Assembly: GCA_964396385.1 (NCBI GenBank)
Contig: CAYNFH010000004.1
Span: forward strand, 5,008-69,007
Source: an uncultured Chthonomonadaceae bacterium
GTDB taxonomy: Bacteria > Armatimonadota > Chthonomonadetes > Chthonomonadales > CAJBBX01
DNA length: 64,000 nt
Direction: 5' to 3'
In this document: piece after piece, positions 17,874 through 27,167 of the stretch
Numbering within the stretch: position 1 is the first letter of the stretch
How the letters are laid out: every line of letters begins with the position of its first letter
Translations under genes and position numbers: made by a program
Notes under the pieces: generated by a model
What the model was told of the DNA's origin: nothing
What the model saw: only the letters and a program-made list of their open reading frames with translations
Database searches by the model: none

Positions 17874-18587
17874 ATGGCTGCTTCCACGCAGGATCGCCCG
17901 GGCGACGGCCCAGGGGTAGTCCAGGTCCTCCTCCCGGGCGTTGCGGTAGGTGCCGACCCACGCCCAGCGGTCCTCGCCGGTGGCGTTGGGGTAGCTGGCA
18001 TGGAGGGTGAGGTCGTGGAAGAAGACCGCGCCGCCAGCCGGCACTGCTGCCACTACCTCGCGGGATTCATCGACAGCGCCCGGACGGATCCGCTCGCTAA
18101 ATGCCTCACCGGGCGCAGCCTGGCCGTCATGCGCCACGGATGCGGTATGGGAGCCGGGCAGCAGCTTCATGCAGCCGTTGTCGATGGTGGCGTCATCCAG
18201 GGCGAGCCAGACCGAGATCTTGTGCGCGCCGTGCCAGTAGGGCCAGTCCTGGTGCCAGGGGGTGCCGAAGTCCGTTCCTTCCCGCTTTAAGACCACTTTG
18301 TCGCTCAGGAACTCGATGTCCGGGGCGTAGATCTCCTCCAGCACGTCCAGGATGCGCGGATCCCGCGCCAGGTCCCGGCACGTCTCGCTCCGGATGGAGA
18401 GCCCCACGTAGACGCCCCCGTTCATGGCGCGCCGCGGGTCGCGCCTTTCCGCCTCCGCCTCGCGCCGGACCAGTTCCAGCACGTCCCGCACCGCCTCTTT
18501 CACGCTGCGGGCCTCTGCGGGGGCAAGCAGCGAGGGAAGGATCAGGAACCCGTCCCTCCGAAACCGCGCCGCGCGATCTTCTGCCAT
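17859..18587 (-). CDS. Phytanoyl-CoA dioxygenase (PhyH) family Fe(II)/2-oxoglutarate oxygenase
   Basis: WHQDWPYW, LPGSH and FFHDLTLHAS motifs. Confidence 0.8.
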   Translation of the reverse strand: MAEDRAARFRRDGFLILPSLLAPAEARSVKEAVRDVLELVRREAEAERRDPRRAMNGGVYVGLSIRSETCRDLARDPRILDVLEEIYAPDIEFLSDKVVLKREGTDFGTPWHQDWPYWHGAHKISVWLALDDATIDNGCMKLLPGSHTASVAHDGQAAPGEAFSERIRPGAVDESREVVAAVPAGGAVFFHDLTLHASYPNATGEDRWAWVGTYRNAREEDLDYPWAVARAILRGSSHSLGA

Positions 18588-18604
18588 GGGTCACCTCTTC
18601 TGCA

Positions 18605-18671
18605 GGGTTCAGGCTTCGGGGTTCGGGGCACGGAGACCGGATTCCTGGCGGCGGACGGAGCGTCGGCCCCG
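18605..18671. repeat. Intergenic heptamer element with a CCGGATTCC core
   Basis: GGGTTCA GGCTTCG GGGTTCG GGGCACG, then GAGACCGGATTCC (core at 18637-18645), then GCGGACG GAGCGTC. Confidence 0.75.
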
Positions 18672-18777
18672 CTCTTTAGAAGCCTGTGCCTTTCGCAGGC
18701 GTCCTGAGCGGTATTATTAAGGCGCGAGCGAGCGACACCCGGGTCGCCGCCACCATGCGATGGAGGAAACCCCACCC

Positions 18778-19569
18778 ATGCGATCCGCGACAATTACCGG
18801 CATCCTTACGTCCCTGGCTCTCATGGGCCTGGTGTTCGGCTGCGGAAGCAACGGTCCCGGCGGACCGCCCTTCGCCAAGGTCCGCACCTTCAATGCGTAC
18901 ATCCCGGCTTCCGGAGCGGCCCCCACGCTTACCTTCACGTCCGGGACCACAACGCTCGGCAACGCCGTGGGCTTTAGCCAGTTCGGAAATAGCGGGAACT
19001 ACACCACCGTTCCGAGCGGGAGCTTCACGGCTACGGCTACGGGTCCCGGAGCGCCGACCCCGCTCCAGTTCACATCGAGCCAGAGCCTGGAAAGCAACAA
19101 CACTACCTACACCCTGATCGCCGCCGGGGAAGCAGGACGGAGCGGGGCGCTCGCGCCGCAGCTCATGGTGGTACAGGATAACCTGGGCCAGTTCCTGAAC
19201 GCCCCCGCGCAGGACGCCGTCATCCGGGTCCTCAACCTGTCCGCCAATCCCAATCCCATAGGCCTCTACTCCACTTCCAACGGTGTGCCTACCACCCCGG
19301 TCAAATCCGACGTGGTGAATTCGGACTTCGGCAACATAGCATATGGTGTTTCGACCTCGACCGTTATCCTGAGCGTACCGGTGTCCCAGCTCACCAACCT
19401 GGCCATTGTGGACGCGACGCAGGCCAATCCCAAGACTGTTCTCGCCAACGTGCCGGCATTTCCAGGGCAGCCGCTTCGGGCATTCACGCTATATGTCACC
19501 GGCCAGCCCGGCAACCAGGCCGAGCCGATGACCGCCACCTGGGTTCAGGACTACCCGCCCACCTCCTGA
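18778..19569 (+). CDS. Lipoprotein, possibly DUF4397-like
   Basis: Lipobox LVFGC after a signal peptide. GGAGGAAA RBS. The repetitive beta-rich sequence makes the family call tentative. Confidence 0.65.
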   Translation: MRSATITGILTSLALMGLVFGCGSNGPGGPPFAKVRTFNAYIPASGAAPTLTFTSGTTTLGNAVGFSQFGNSGNYTTVPSGSFTATATGPGAPTPLQFTSSQSLESNNTTYTLIAAGEAGRSGALAPQLMVVQDNLGQFLNAPAQDAVIRVLNLSANPNPIGLYSTSNGVPTTPVKSDVVNSDFGNIAYGVSTSTVILSVPVSQLTNLAIVDATQANPKTVLANVPAFPGQPLRAFTLYVTGQPGNQAEPMTATWVQDYPPTS

Positions 19570-19583
19570 TGTACAGTACACGG

Positions 19584-19611
19584 AAGGCCGCCGTTCTCTT
19601 GAGCGGCGGCC
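19584..19611 (+). terminator. Stem-loop after the lipoprotein gene
   Basis: AGGCCGCCG, a 9-nt loop, CGGCGGCCT. There is no clear T-tract. Confidence 0.35.
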
Positions 19612-19655
19612 TCGATTCCGCATAGGAGCCAAACAAGGAGGAATCGCGCGCGCAT

Positions 19656-20714
19656 TTGCCGATAATGCCCTTGATGGTCATGGTCGGCACGCGAGCCGCC
19701 CCGGCGATGCAGCCGGAGGCGCCCGCGGAGGTCCTTGAAGACGGATCCGCGCGGCCCGCCCTCGTATACACCAATCCGGTTTACGCGCACGATTTTCCGG
19801 ACCCGTTCCTGCAGCACTTCGGAGATCGGTTCTTCGCCTTCGCTACCCAGAGCGCCGGCCACGGATTCCAGGTGATGGAGTCCGCGGATCTCGTGCACTG
19901 GACGCACCTGGGCACCGCGTTTATCCCCCCCTGGTCCTCCAAGCATCTCTGGGCGCCGGAAGTAGTCCGACACCGGGACCGCTTCTACATGACCTACTCC
20001 GCGCTGAACCCGCGCACACGCAAGCACGACATCGGGATAGCGACAGCGAACCACCCGGCCGGCCCGTTCACGCATCGCTCTATCCTGGTGCGCGGTGACG
20101 CCAACCGTTACGGAGTCATAGACGGCACGCTCTTCTTTGAGGACGACGGAACGCCGTACTTGGTCTATTCGGAGGAGAACCCGCGCACCATCGTAATCCG
20201 CCGGCTGACGCCGGACCTCCTTTGCGCCGAAGGCGAGGCCACCATACTGATCCGTCCCGACCGCTGTTGGGAGCGGGGCATCACAGAGGCGCCCACGCTC
20301 ATCCTGAGGAACGGCGTCTACCATCTCTTCTTCTCGGTAGGCTGGTACCAGAGCAGCAAGCAGGAGGCCTGCTATGCCGTCTGCCACGCCTCCGCCTCTT
20401 CTCTGCTCGGGCCGTACCGGAAATCGCCTTCGCCTATTCTCGCGACGGAGCCCGGCGCGGTATATGGCCCCGGCCACCAGTGTCTTATCACCCTGGAGAG
20501 CGGGGAGACCTGGATGGCCTACCACGCATGGGACAACCGCCGCCAGCCCCGCTACGGGTCCAATCCCGCCGGCCGCACGCTGCGTATCGACCGGCTGGTC
20601 TGGAAGGGCCGGCGCCCGGTAGTCTCCGGCCCCACCTTCATGCCCCAGCCCGCCCCCGGCGCAATCCGTTGTACAGTAGAGGTACAGCGAAGCGGCGCCT
20701 TTTCCGTCAAATGA
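19656..20714 (+). CDS. Glycoside hydrolase family 43
   Basis: NPVYAHDFPDPF N-terminal catalytic-Asp motif. Strong paralogue of the 29276-30346 gene at both protein and nucleotide level. Confidence 0.85.
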   Translation: MPIMPLMVMVGTRAAPAMQPEAPAEVLEDGSARPALVYTNPVYAHDFPDPFLQHFGDRFFAFATQSAGHGFQVMESADLVHWTHLGTAFIPPWSSKHLWAPEVVRHRDRFYMTYSALNPRTRKHDIGIATANHPAGPFTHRSILVRGDANRYGVIDGTLFFEDDGTPYLVYSEENPRTIVIRRLTPDLLCAEGEATILIRPDRCWERGITEAPTLILRNGVYHLFFSVGWYQSSKQEACYAVCHASASSLLGPYRKSPSPILATEPGAVYGPGHQCLITLESGETWMAYHAWDNRRQPRYGSNPAGRTLRIDRLVWKGRRPVVSGPTFMPQPAPGAIRCTVEVQRSGAFSVK

Positions 20715-20797
20715 CGCAGGACGTGTCGCCGCCCCGTAGAGGAAAGATAGCTCGTTAGTCCAGGAGCGATATTGCCGCACCCGGAAGGTTGACTACC

Positions 20798-22894
20798 ATG
20801 GGATTCGTCCGTACCGCATACGCTTGCCTCCGTCCGGCCGTAGCAATGGCCCTGACCGCGCTTTCCTGTTCGGCCTTCGGAGCGACCACCTACTACGTCT
20901 CCGCGAGCGGCAGCGACAGCAACTCCGGCACGCAGGCCGCACCATTCCGCCAGATCCGTGCAGCCATAGCGGTCATGCAGCCAGGCGACACGGCGCTGGT
21001 GGGGGACGGCTCCTATCTGGGCTTCACCATGAGCGGTATGAACGGCACTGCCTCGGCGCCAATCACGATAAAGGCAACGGGAACCGGGGCGCAGGTGACC
21101 GTCACCACAGACCGGACGGACAATCGCGATACTATCCTCATCAGCCTCTCAAGCTACATTGTGATAGACGGGCTGACCTCCTTCAACGCGAACCGGGCGG
21201 CGGTACGGATCGACCAGAGCCCTCACGTCACCGCGAAGAACGGAAAGTTCGGCAACAACACCACCTGGGGCATCTTCACGGACTTCTCGGACTACCTGGA
21301 CCTGGAGAACAATGAGTGCTACGGCTCGGTGCAGCAGCATGGGATCTACGTTTCCAACACGTGCACCAACCCCATAGTGCGAGGGAACCGCTGCCACGAT
21401 AACTACGGCAGCGGCATCCACATGAACGGGGACGTGAGCCAGGGAGGAGCCGGGATCATCACCGGAGCCCTGGTGGAGAACAACATCATCTACAACAACG
21501 GCGTGGGAGGCGGCTCCGGCATCAACATGGATGGGGTGCAGAGCTCCGTCATCAGAAACAACCTGATCTACAACAACCACGCCAGCGGTATCTCCGCCTA
21601 TCAGATAGACGCGGCTCAGGGACCCAAGAACGATGAGTTCTACCACAACACCGTGGACATGGCCTCCGATGCGCGATGGGCGCTGCATATCGAGCAGACG
21701 GCAGGCCCCATGACGGTCCGGAACAATATCTTGAACAACCTGAACCCGAACCATGGCGGCATCGACTTCAACACGCCCAACGACATAGCCAACACGGATA
21801 GTGGCTACAACATCATGGACCGGGTATCGCCGGACGATAGCTCCGTAGTTTCCCTCGCTGACTGGCAGTCGCAGGGCCATGAGGCAGGCTCGTTTTCCGC
21901 CACCGACTCGAGCTTGTTCGCCGCGAGCGGATCCGGCAACTACCACCTGAAGGCCGGCTCGCCCGCCATCGACAAGGGACAGACCCTCTCCTCCGTGACT
22001 GTCGACATGGAGGGGCACAGCCGCCCGCAGGGCGCCGCCTCGGACATCGGCTGCTACGAGTACCCGCAGGCCACGGTCAATCCGCACGTGCTGTGGAACA
22101 ACTCCGGCAAGATCTCTCTCTGGACGGTGACCGGCCCGAACCAGCCGAATCCCACCGACTACGGTCCGTTCCCCGGCTGGTCCGCTATCGGCATGGCATC
22201 GGGCAGCCCGGACCAGTACGTGCGGGTGCTGTGGCGCAGCGATTCGGGGGCCATCTCGCTTTGGACCGTCACCGCGCCGGGTACGTTCACCTATCTGGAC
22301 TACGGCCCCTACGCGGGCTGGACGGCCGCCGCGCTCGCCGTGGGCGGAGACAACCAGCCGCGCGTGCTCTGGGTGCGCACGGACGGCAGGATCTCCCTCT
22401 GGACCGTCCACGCCGACGGCACCTTCGCCACGGACGACTACGGCCCTTTCGCGGGCTGGCAGCCGGCGACGCTCGCGGTAGGATCGGACAACCACCCGCG
22501 CATCCTGTGGGTCTATCAGCCGGACCAGCGGATAAGCCTCTGGACCATCACCGGCCCGCAGACCTTCTCGTACGATAACTACGGCCCCTTCCCAGGCTGG
22601 TCCCCCACCATGATGGCGGTGGGCGGGGACAACCTCACCCGCATTGGATGGGTGAACGGGAGCCAGCTCTCCCTCTGGGCAATCACCGCGCCGGGCACGT
22701 TCACGCACGACGACTACGGCCCCTACCCCGGCTGGACGGCCCAGCTTCTGGCGGTGGGCGCGGACAACGAGCCGCGCGTCCTCTGGAATAACTCCGGCAA
22801 GATCTCCCTCTGGAGCATCACGGCGCCCGGCCAGGAGCAGAGCCAGGACTACGGGCCGTACGCCGGCTGGTCCCCCGTTGCGCTGACACCGTGA
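20798..22894 (+). CDS. Secreted right-handed parallel beta-helix protein with a C-terminal six-fold repeat domain of about 45 aa per repeat
   Basis: Signal peptide. SGSDSNSGT...PFRQI...QPGDTALVGDGSY and NN-rich beta-helix coils. C-terminal repeats of the form ISLWTV...DYGPFPGW...AVG.DN.PR.LW. Confidence 0.8.
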   Translation: MGFVRTAYACLRPAVAMALTALSCSAFGATTYYVSASGSDSNSGTQAAPFRQIRAAIAVMQPGDTALVGDGSYLGFTMSGMNGTASAPITIKATGTGAQVTVTTDRTDNRDTILISLSSYIVIDGLTSFNANRAAVRIDQSPHVTAKNGKFGNNTTWGIFTDFSDYLDLENNECYGSVQQHGIYVSNTCTNPIVRGNRCHDNYGSGIHMNGDVSQGGAGIITGALVENNIIYNNGVGGGSGINMDGVQSSVIRNNLIYNNHASGISAYQIDAAQGPKNDEFYHNTVDMASDARWALHIEQTAGPMTVRNNILNNLNPNHGGIDFNTPNDIANTDSGYNIMDRVSPDDSSVVSLADWQSQGHEAGSFSATDSSLFAASGSGNYHLKAGSPAIDKGQTLSSVTVDMEGHSRPQGAASDIGCYEYPQATVNPHVLWNNSGKISLWTVTGPNQPNPTDYGPFPGWSAIGMASGSPDQYVRVLWRSDSGAISLWTVTAPGTFTYLDYGPYAGWTAAALAVGGDNQPRVLWVRTDGRISLWTVHADGTFATDDYGPFAGWQPATLAVGSDNHPRILWVYQPDQRISLWTITGPQTFSYDNYGPFPGWSPTMMAVGGDNLTRIGWVNGSQLSLWAITAPGTFTHDDYGPYPGWTAQLLAVGADNEPRVLWNNSGKISLWSITAPGQEQSQDYGPYAGWSPVALTP

Positions 22895-23064
22895 AATCCC
22901 TTATACCTTATCGGCGATGGGCTTGAACTGCCCATCGGGGAGCAGGTGGGCGACCGAAACGCCAATCACAGGAGTCGTCCACACTGACGGCGAAACTCTC
23001 CTTCACGACGGTGCACTTCGAGGACATGTTCTTTAATACAGAATGCCCGAGGAGCGACGTAAGA

Positions 23065-23721
23065 ATGCCGGTAGCTGTACTCCATAGCGGCGGTCTCGAC
23101 TCTACTGTTTGCCTCCTCCTGGCTTTGCGGGACGGGAAACAGCCGGTCAGCATTGGCGTGGAGTACGACCAGTCGCATGTGGTTGAGTTGCACTACGCAG
23201 GCGAGCAGTGCAAGAGGCTAGGCGTCGAGCGAAGAGTTATCTCCGTACGATGGAATAAGCCAACTCGAAACATACCGCTGGATCGCAGCCCTGAGGAAAT
23301 GCGGAGCGGCGTTTCACCTGCATTCCTGCCTGCGAGGAACCTGGTGTTCCTCGCTCTAGCCGCGGCGGAAGCTGCTGCAATGACCGCCAGCGAGATCTGG
23401 ATCGGGGTAAATTCAGTTGACTTCTCAGGATACCCGGACTGCCGAAGTGAGTTCATCGCAGCGTTTGACGCGGTGCTCGATGCTGCGGTACCTGGCGGTC
23501 CCCGGGTCGTTGCGCCACTTCAGAATATGCGAAAGGCAGAAATCGCCCTCATGGCTCAGCAATACGGGCTGAGGCCAGGAGACACATGGAGCTGCTATCG
23601 CCCACAGGGCGATCCTGCGCAACCCTTTCCTTGTGGTCGGTGCGACGCTTGCATCCTGCACGCCGAAGCTTGGCAAGAGGTAGTCGACCAAGCACCAGAC
23701 GCGGCCGAGCGAAGCAAGTGA
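23065..23721 (+). CDS. QueC-like PP-loop ATPase (second, island-borne paralogue of 7-cyano-7-deazaguanine synthase)
   Basis: SGGLDS PP-loop, [23 protein letters not shown] and a C-terminal CGRCDAC. These align motif for motif with the canonical QueC at 57298-57993. GAGGAG RBS 10 nt upstream of the ATG at 23065. Confidence 0.85.
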   Translation: MPVAVLHSGGLDSTVCLLLALRDGKQPVSIGVEYDQSHVVELHYAGEQCKRLGVERRVISVRWNKPTRNIPLDRSPEEMRSGVSPAFLPARNLVFLALAAAEAAAMTASEIWIGVNSVDFSGYPDCRSEFIAAFDAVLDAAVPGGPRVVAPLQNMRKAEIALMAQQYGLRPGDTWSCYRPQGDPAQPFPCGRCDACILHAEAWQEVVDQAPDAAERSK

Positions 23722-23821
23722 TGGTCCTATTGCGGTAGCCTGTGGTGCTCGCCATCGGTACCACTCCCGGCCGGAGTTGGAGCTCAACCGCCTGCTGGAC
23801 CGCTTCGGCTTCTTTATCGCC

Positions 23822-25090
23822 ATGGCAAACGTCTACTTGGTGTCTTGCGCCAAGACCAAACGCGACTATCCAACTCGGGCCGACAGGCTCTACGCGTCTC
23901 CGCTGTTTGACAAGAGCCGCGCACTTGCAGCGGCTCGTGCGGACAAGTGGTTCATCCTGTCGGCGAAGTACGGCCTCCTCGACCCGTGTCAGGTGGTAGA
24001 GCCATACGACGAATCGTTGCGACAAATGACAGCACCTGCGCGTCGACTCTGGGCAGAGCGAGTCATGAATGCTCTCAAGCCGCACTTAGGGCCCGGTGAC
24101 ACCGTGACGGTCCTGGCCGGCAGCGCGTACTCCACGCACATCGCGTCATGCCTTAGCCAATTCGGCGTGTCCGTAATCCAACCGCTCGCAGGCCGTTCCC
24201 TGGGCGATCGACTACGATGGCTCAACCTCCAGCTGCTGGATGAGTCGGCTAGCAGCGACCTTAACCGTCTTTACAACTTGCTCGACCGGCTAGCCGAGGG
24301 CGTGGGGGGCCCGAGGTCAGTTGCCCAGGCTCGCGTTGGGGACAAGTGGCCCCGGCGCGGCCTCTACCTGTTCTTCGAACCTGGAGAATACCGCGCGCAC
24401 ACGGACTCGCAATTGAGAATCGTGCGAGTAGGAACTCACGCCGTGAGTACAGGCTCAGTTTCCACCCTCTGGGGCCGGCTCCGTGCCCATAAGGGAACCG
24501 GCGATGGAAACGGAAACCATCGCGGATCCATTTTCCGCTTGCACGTCGGGTCCGCGCTGTTGGCTCGCGGCGACATAGCTCCCTCAGTCCCAACGTGGGG
24601 TGCCGGTCACACCGCGCCCAGATCTGTACGAGAAGCTGAGTCCCATATCGAAAGAAGCGTAACAGAGTATATTGGCGCCATGTCTATTCTGTGGCTTAAC
24701 GTTGACGATGTGCCTGGCCCGGCGAGCGACCGGGCCTACCTTGAGCGGAACATCATCGCACTGGTCAGTAATCGGCAGCAACCGGCCGACCCCCCTAGCG
24801 GGAGCTGGCTAGGCCGATGGAGTCCGTATCATGCCATCAGAGAGAGCGGTTTGTGGAACCTACGCCACACGTTGGATACCTACGACCCCCTCTTTCTCGG
24901 CGTGCTCGAGCTCTACGTACAAGTCACACTGGGCGAGCTCCCTCTGCCGGCCGGCTCCATGGCACCTAGACAGCGTTCCGGCCGTGGCTCCAAGCCGTCT
25001 GACCGCACGTCCGAACCATCACTATTCGACAAGGAGATCCACCCCGATGTCGCTGACAACGAGGGCTACGGTACTCAAGAAGTATCCTAG
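23822..25090 (+). CDS. Two-domain protein: DUF6884/YaaA-like N-terminal module plus a GIY-YIG-like C-terminal module (tentative)
   Basis: N-terminus: VYLVSCAKTK...ILSAKYGLLDPCQVVEPYDESL. C-terminus: RRGLYLFFE...RIVRVGTH...LWGRLRAH...HRGSIFRLHVGSAL. Start could instead be TTG 23777. Confidence 0.6.
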   Translation: MANVYLVSCAKTKRDYPTRADRLYASPLFDKSRALAAARADKWFILSAKYGLLDPCQVVEPYDESLRQMTAPARRLWAERVMNALKPHLGPGDTVTVLAGSAYSTHIASCLSQFGVSVIQPLAGRSLGDRLRWLNLQLLDESASSDLNRLYNLLDRLAEGVGGPRSVAQARVGDKWPRRGLYLFFEPGEYRAHTDSQLRIVRVGTHAVSTGSVSTLWGRLRAHKGTGDGNGNHRGSIFRLHVGSALLARGDIAPSVPTWGAGHTAPRSVREAESHIERSVTEYIGAMSILWLNVDDVPGPASDRAYLERNIIALVSNRQQPADPPSGSWLGRWSPYHAIRESGLWNLRHTLDTYDPLFLGVLELYVQVTLGELPLPAGSMAPRQRSGRGSKPSDRTSEPSLFDKEIHPDVADNEGYGTQEVS

Positions 25091-26657
25091 ACCAGTTCTC
25101 GCAATGCGAGCGGCGAAGCGGAACAACATGCTGGGCCTAATACTTGGTGCCGGTACGAGTAAGGGCTTCAAACTGCCGATGTGGGAGGACCTCCTCGCAA
25201 ACCTCGCAGCCGACCCGAGGGTAAGTGGCAAAGCTGTCTACGATCCGAAGCAAAACGTTACTGCTAGAGCGGAGATGCTATATCGCCACTTCGCGGCTGC
25301 CAAGAGCGCCAGCTATGGAACCTCGGCTATGGATCCGAGAGCGCTCGATCGTCGCATTCGGGGGGAGTGGTTCGAGGTTATCCGGGAGCTCCTGTATGCG
25401 AACCTACCCCCGCCGGACGGCAAGTTCCATCGTGCGCATCCCTATCTGTCGGAATTCCTCGAGATCATCATCCAGTCGCCGCTCACCGTGACATACAACT
25501 TCGACAGCTGCATCGAAATGATGCTCGATGACTACCAGAAGGCGATGGCTCGAACTGAACGCCTCTACGAAGTCATATTTGACACCTACACTCCTTACCA
25601 GCGTCACAACGGCGTTATCTACCACCCGAACGGATTCCTGCCGGCAAATAAGCTTGAGGCGTTCAGCGACTCCATTGTATTCTCAGAAGAGCAGTTCGGC
25701 GACCAACTGCTCGACAGCGTAGCGGGCAGGTATTCGTCGCTGGCACACCACCTATCAAAGCATACGTGCCTGCTCTTGGGCGTCTCATTGAACGACGAGA
25801 CACTCCGCCACCTGCTCCACGCAAATGCTCGGATGAGCCCGGGTCATTACCACTACTGTGTAGAGTACCTGTCGGCGCCCGATGCTATGACGAACGAGGC
25901 GAAGGCAAGCCTATCCGAGTACAGGTTCGACATCTACAACCTCATAACCCTGTTTCTGACTGAGCCCGAAATAAAGGCCCTGGGCCAGTTGTTAACGTGC
26001 GACCTGGAGGCTCTTCGCAATGATGCGGGCCGTGCCAGAATCCCGCTAGTCTGGGTCTACTACATCACGGGCATCCCTGGCACTGGTAAGACCACTGTTT
26101 GCCGCCATTTAGGCGACCTCATCACACTTGGCGAGTGGCTTGAAGCACCGCTCGACCTCCTATCCACCGACTATACTTCTCTGACGAGTCCGGAGCGTGA
26201 GAAGGTAGATGCGTGGGTCGCCAACCAATTTGTGGAGAAGAACATGGCACTCCTAAGTGTACCAGAGGGCGTTATCGTCGTTGATCGCTGCCCACTGGAT
26301 CCACTCGCGTTCGTAGACACTCCCGACAGGCCCGCGAAGGCCTCGGCATACGGGCCACAGTTCCAACGTGGCCAGTCGGACAGGCATCCGGTTGCTGGAA
26401 GTGTCCTTATTCTTACGGCGGATCCGGTGGAGGTTTCGGCCCGGCTGGAACGACGGCAAGGGGAGCGCAAGGACCCTAAGTACCTTGAGAAACTCCAGGT
26501 CAATCACCTTGATATCTATAAGGCTCCCAGGGTCGTGCTCATGGATACGAGGGCACTAACGCTGGACCAACAGATTCGTTCTATCGCGCGTTACATACAT
26601 CGTGAAAAGTACGCGGAGGTCGATATCAGTGCGCGTCTGACGGAGCTGACGCATTGA
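25047..26657 (+). CDS. SIR2-like (SIR2_2-type) domain fused to a deoxynucleoside/NMP-kinase-like P-loop domain
   Basis: SIR2_2 motifs: LILGAGTSKGFKLPMWEDLL, VTYNFDSCIE, VIYHPNGFL, LLLGVSLND. Kinase-like motifs: Walker A GIPGTGKT, VIVVDRCPLD, and lid ARLERRQGERKD. AAGGAG RBS 11 nt before the ATG at 25047. Overlaps the upstream gene by 44 nt. Confidence 0.8.
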   Translation: MSLTTRATVLKKYPRPVLAMRAAKRNNMLGLILGAGTSKGFKLPMWEDLLANLAADPRVSGKAVYDPKQNVTARAEMLYRHFAAAKSASYGTSAMDPRALDRRIRGEWFEVIRELLYANLPPPDGKFHRAHPYLSEFLEIIIQSPLTVTYNFDSCIEMMLDDYQKAMARTERLYEVIFDTYTPYQRHNGVIYHPNGFLPANKLEAFSDSIVFSEEQFGDQLLDSVAGRYSSLAHHLSKHTCLLLGVSLNDETLRHLLHANARMSPGHYHYCVEYLSAPDAMTNEAKASLSEYRFDIYNLITLFLTEPEIKALGQLLTCDLEALRNDAGRARIPLVWVYYITGIPGTGKTTVCRHLGDLITLGEWLEAPLDLLSTDYTSLTSPEREKVDAWVANQFVEKNMALLSVPEGVIVVDRCPLDPLAFVDTPDRPAKASAYGPQFQRGQSDRHPVAGSVLILTADPVEVSARLERRQGERKDPKYLEKLQVNHLDIYKAPRVVLMDTRALTLDQQIRSIARYIHREKYAEVDISARLTELTH

Positions 26658-27154
26658 GCGACCAGCCAGACAAAGCCTCCAGGCACGGCTCCCGCCATCG
26701 AGTGTACCTAGCGGGCCCGCTTTTTAGCCGGGCCGAGCGTGAGTTCAACGGATTTCTGAAGCGGGAGCTTTCAGTTTACTTCGATGTATTCCTACCCCAG
26801 GAGGACGGTTGCCTCTTGGCTGAGATGACACGCAACGGCATTCCTCCCGAACAGGCATCTAGGCGTGTTTTCGAATGCGACATTGCGGAGCTCGACCGAT
26901 GTACGATACTCGTCGTCGTACTAGACGGGCGAGCGGTTGACGAGGGAGCTGCATTCGAACTCGGTTACGCCTTTGCAAAGGGGAAGACGTGCGTTGGCCT
27001 CCAGACTGATGAGCGACGACTCTTACGATGCGGCAACAACCCGATGATAGATGGTCCATGCAGCCGGCTGTTTCATAACGTTGACGCACTGCTGGCATGG
27101 GCGGATCAAGTCAGCACTGTGGGTCTTCAGGCGTATGTCGCCTCGGAGGGATAG
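26654..27154 (+). CDS. Nucleoside 2-deoxyribosyltransferase-like protein
   Basis: RVYLAGPLFS and VVVLDGRAVDEGAAFELGYAFAKGK motifs of the Nuc_deoxyrib_tr fold. The TTG start overlaps the upstream TGA (TTGA). GTG at 26702 is an alternative start. Confidence 0.8.
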   Translation: MSDQPDKASRHGSRHRVYLAGPLFSRAEREFNGFLKRELSVYFDVFLPQEDGCLLAEMTRNGIPPEQASRRVFECDIAELDRCTILVVVLDGRAVDEGAAFELGYAFAKGKTCVGLQTDERRLLRCGNNPMIDGPCSRLFHNVDALLAWADQVSTVGLQAYVASEG

Positions 27155-27167
27155 TAGAGTTCGACAG

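Noticed and set aside
24831-25046. N-terminal 72-codon extension of the SIR2-kinase ORF given in the track
   Set aside because: The extension lies entirely inside the upstream gene in another frame and has poor composition. ATG 25047 has an AAGGAG RBS and begins just before the SIR2 motif.
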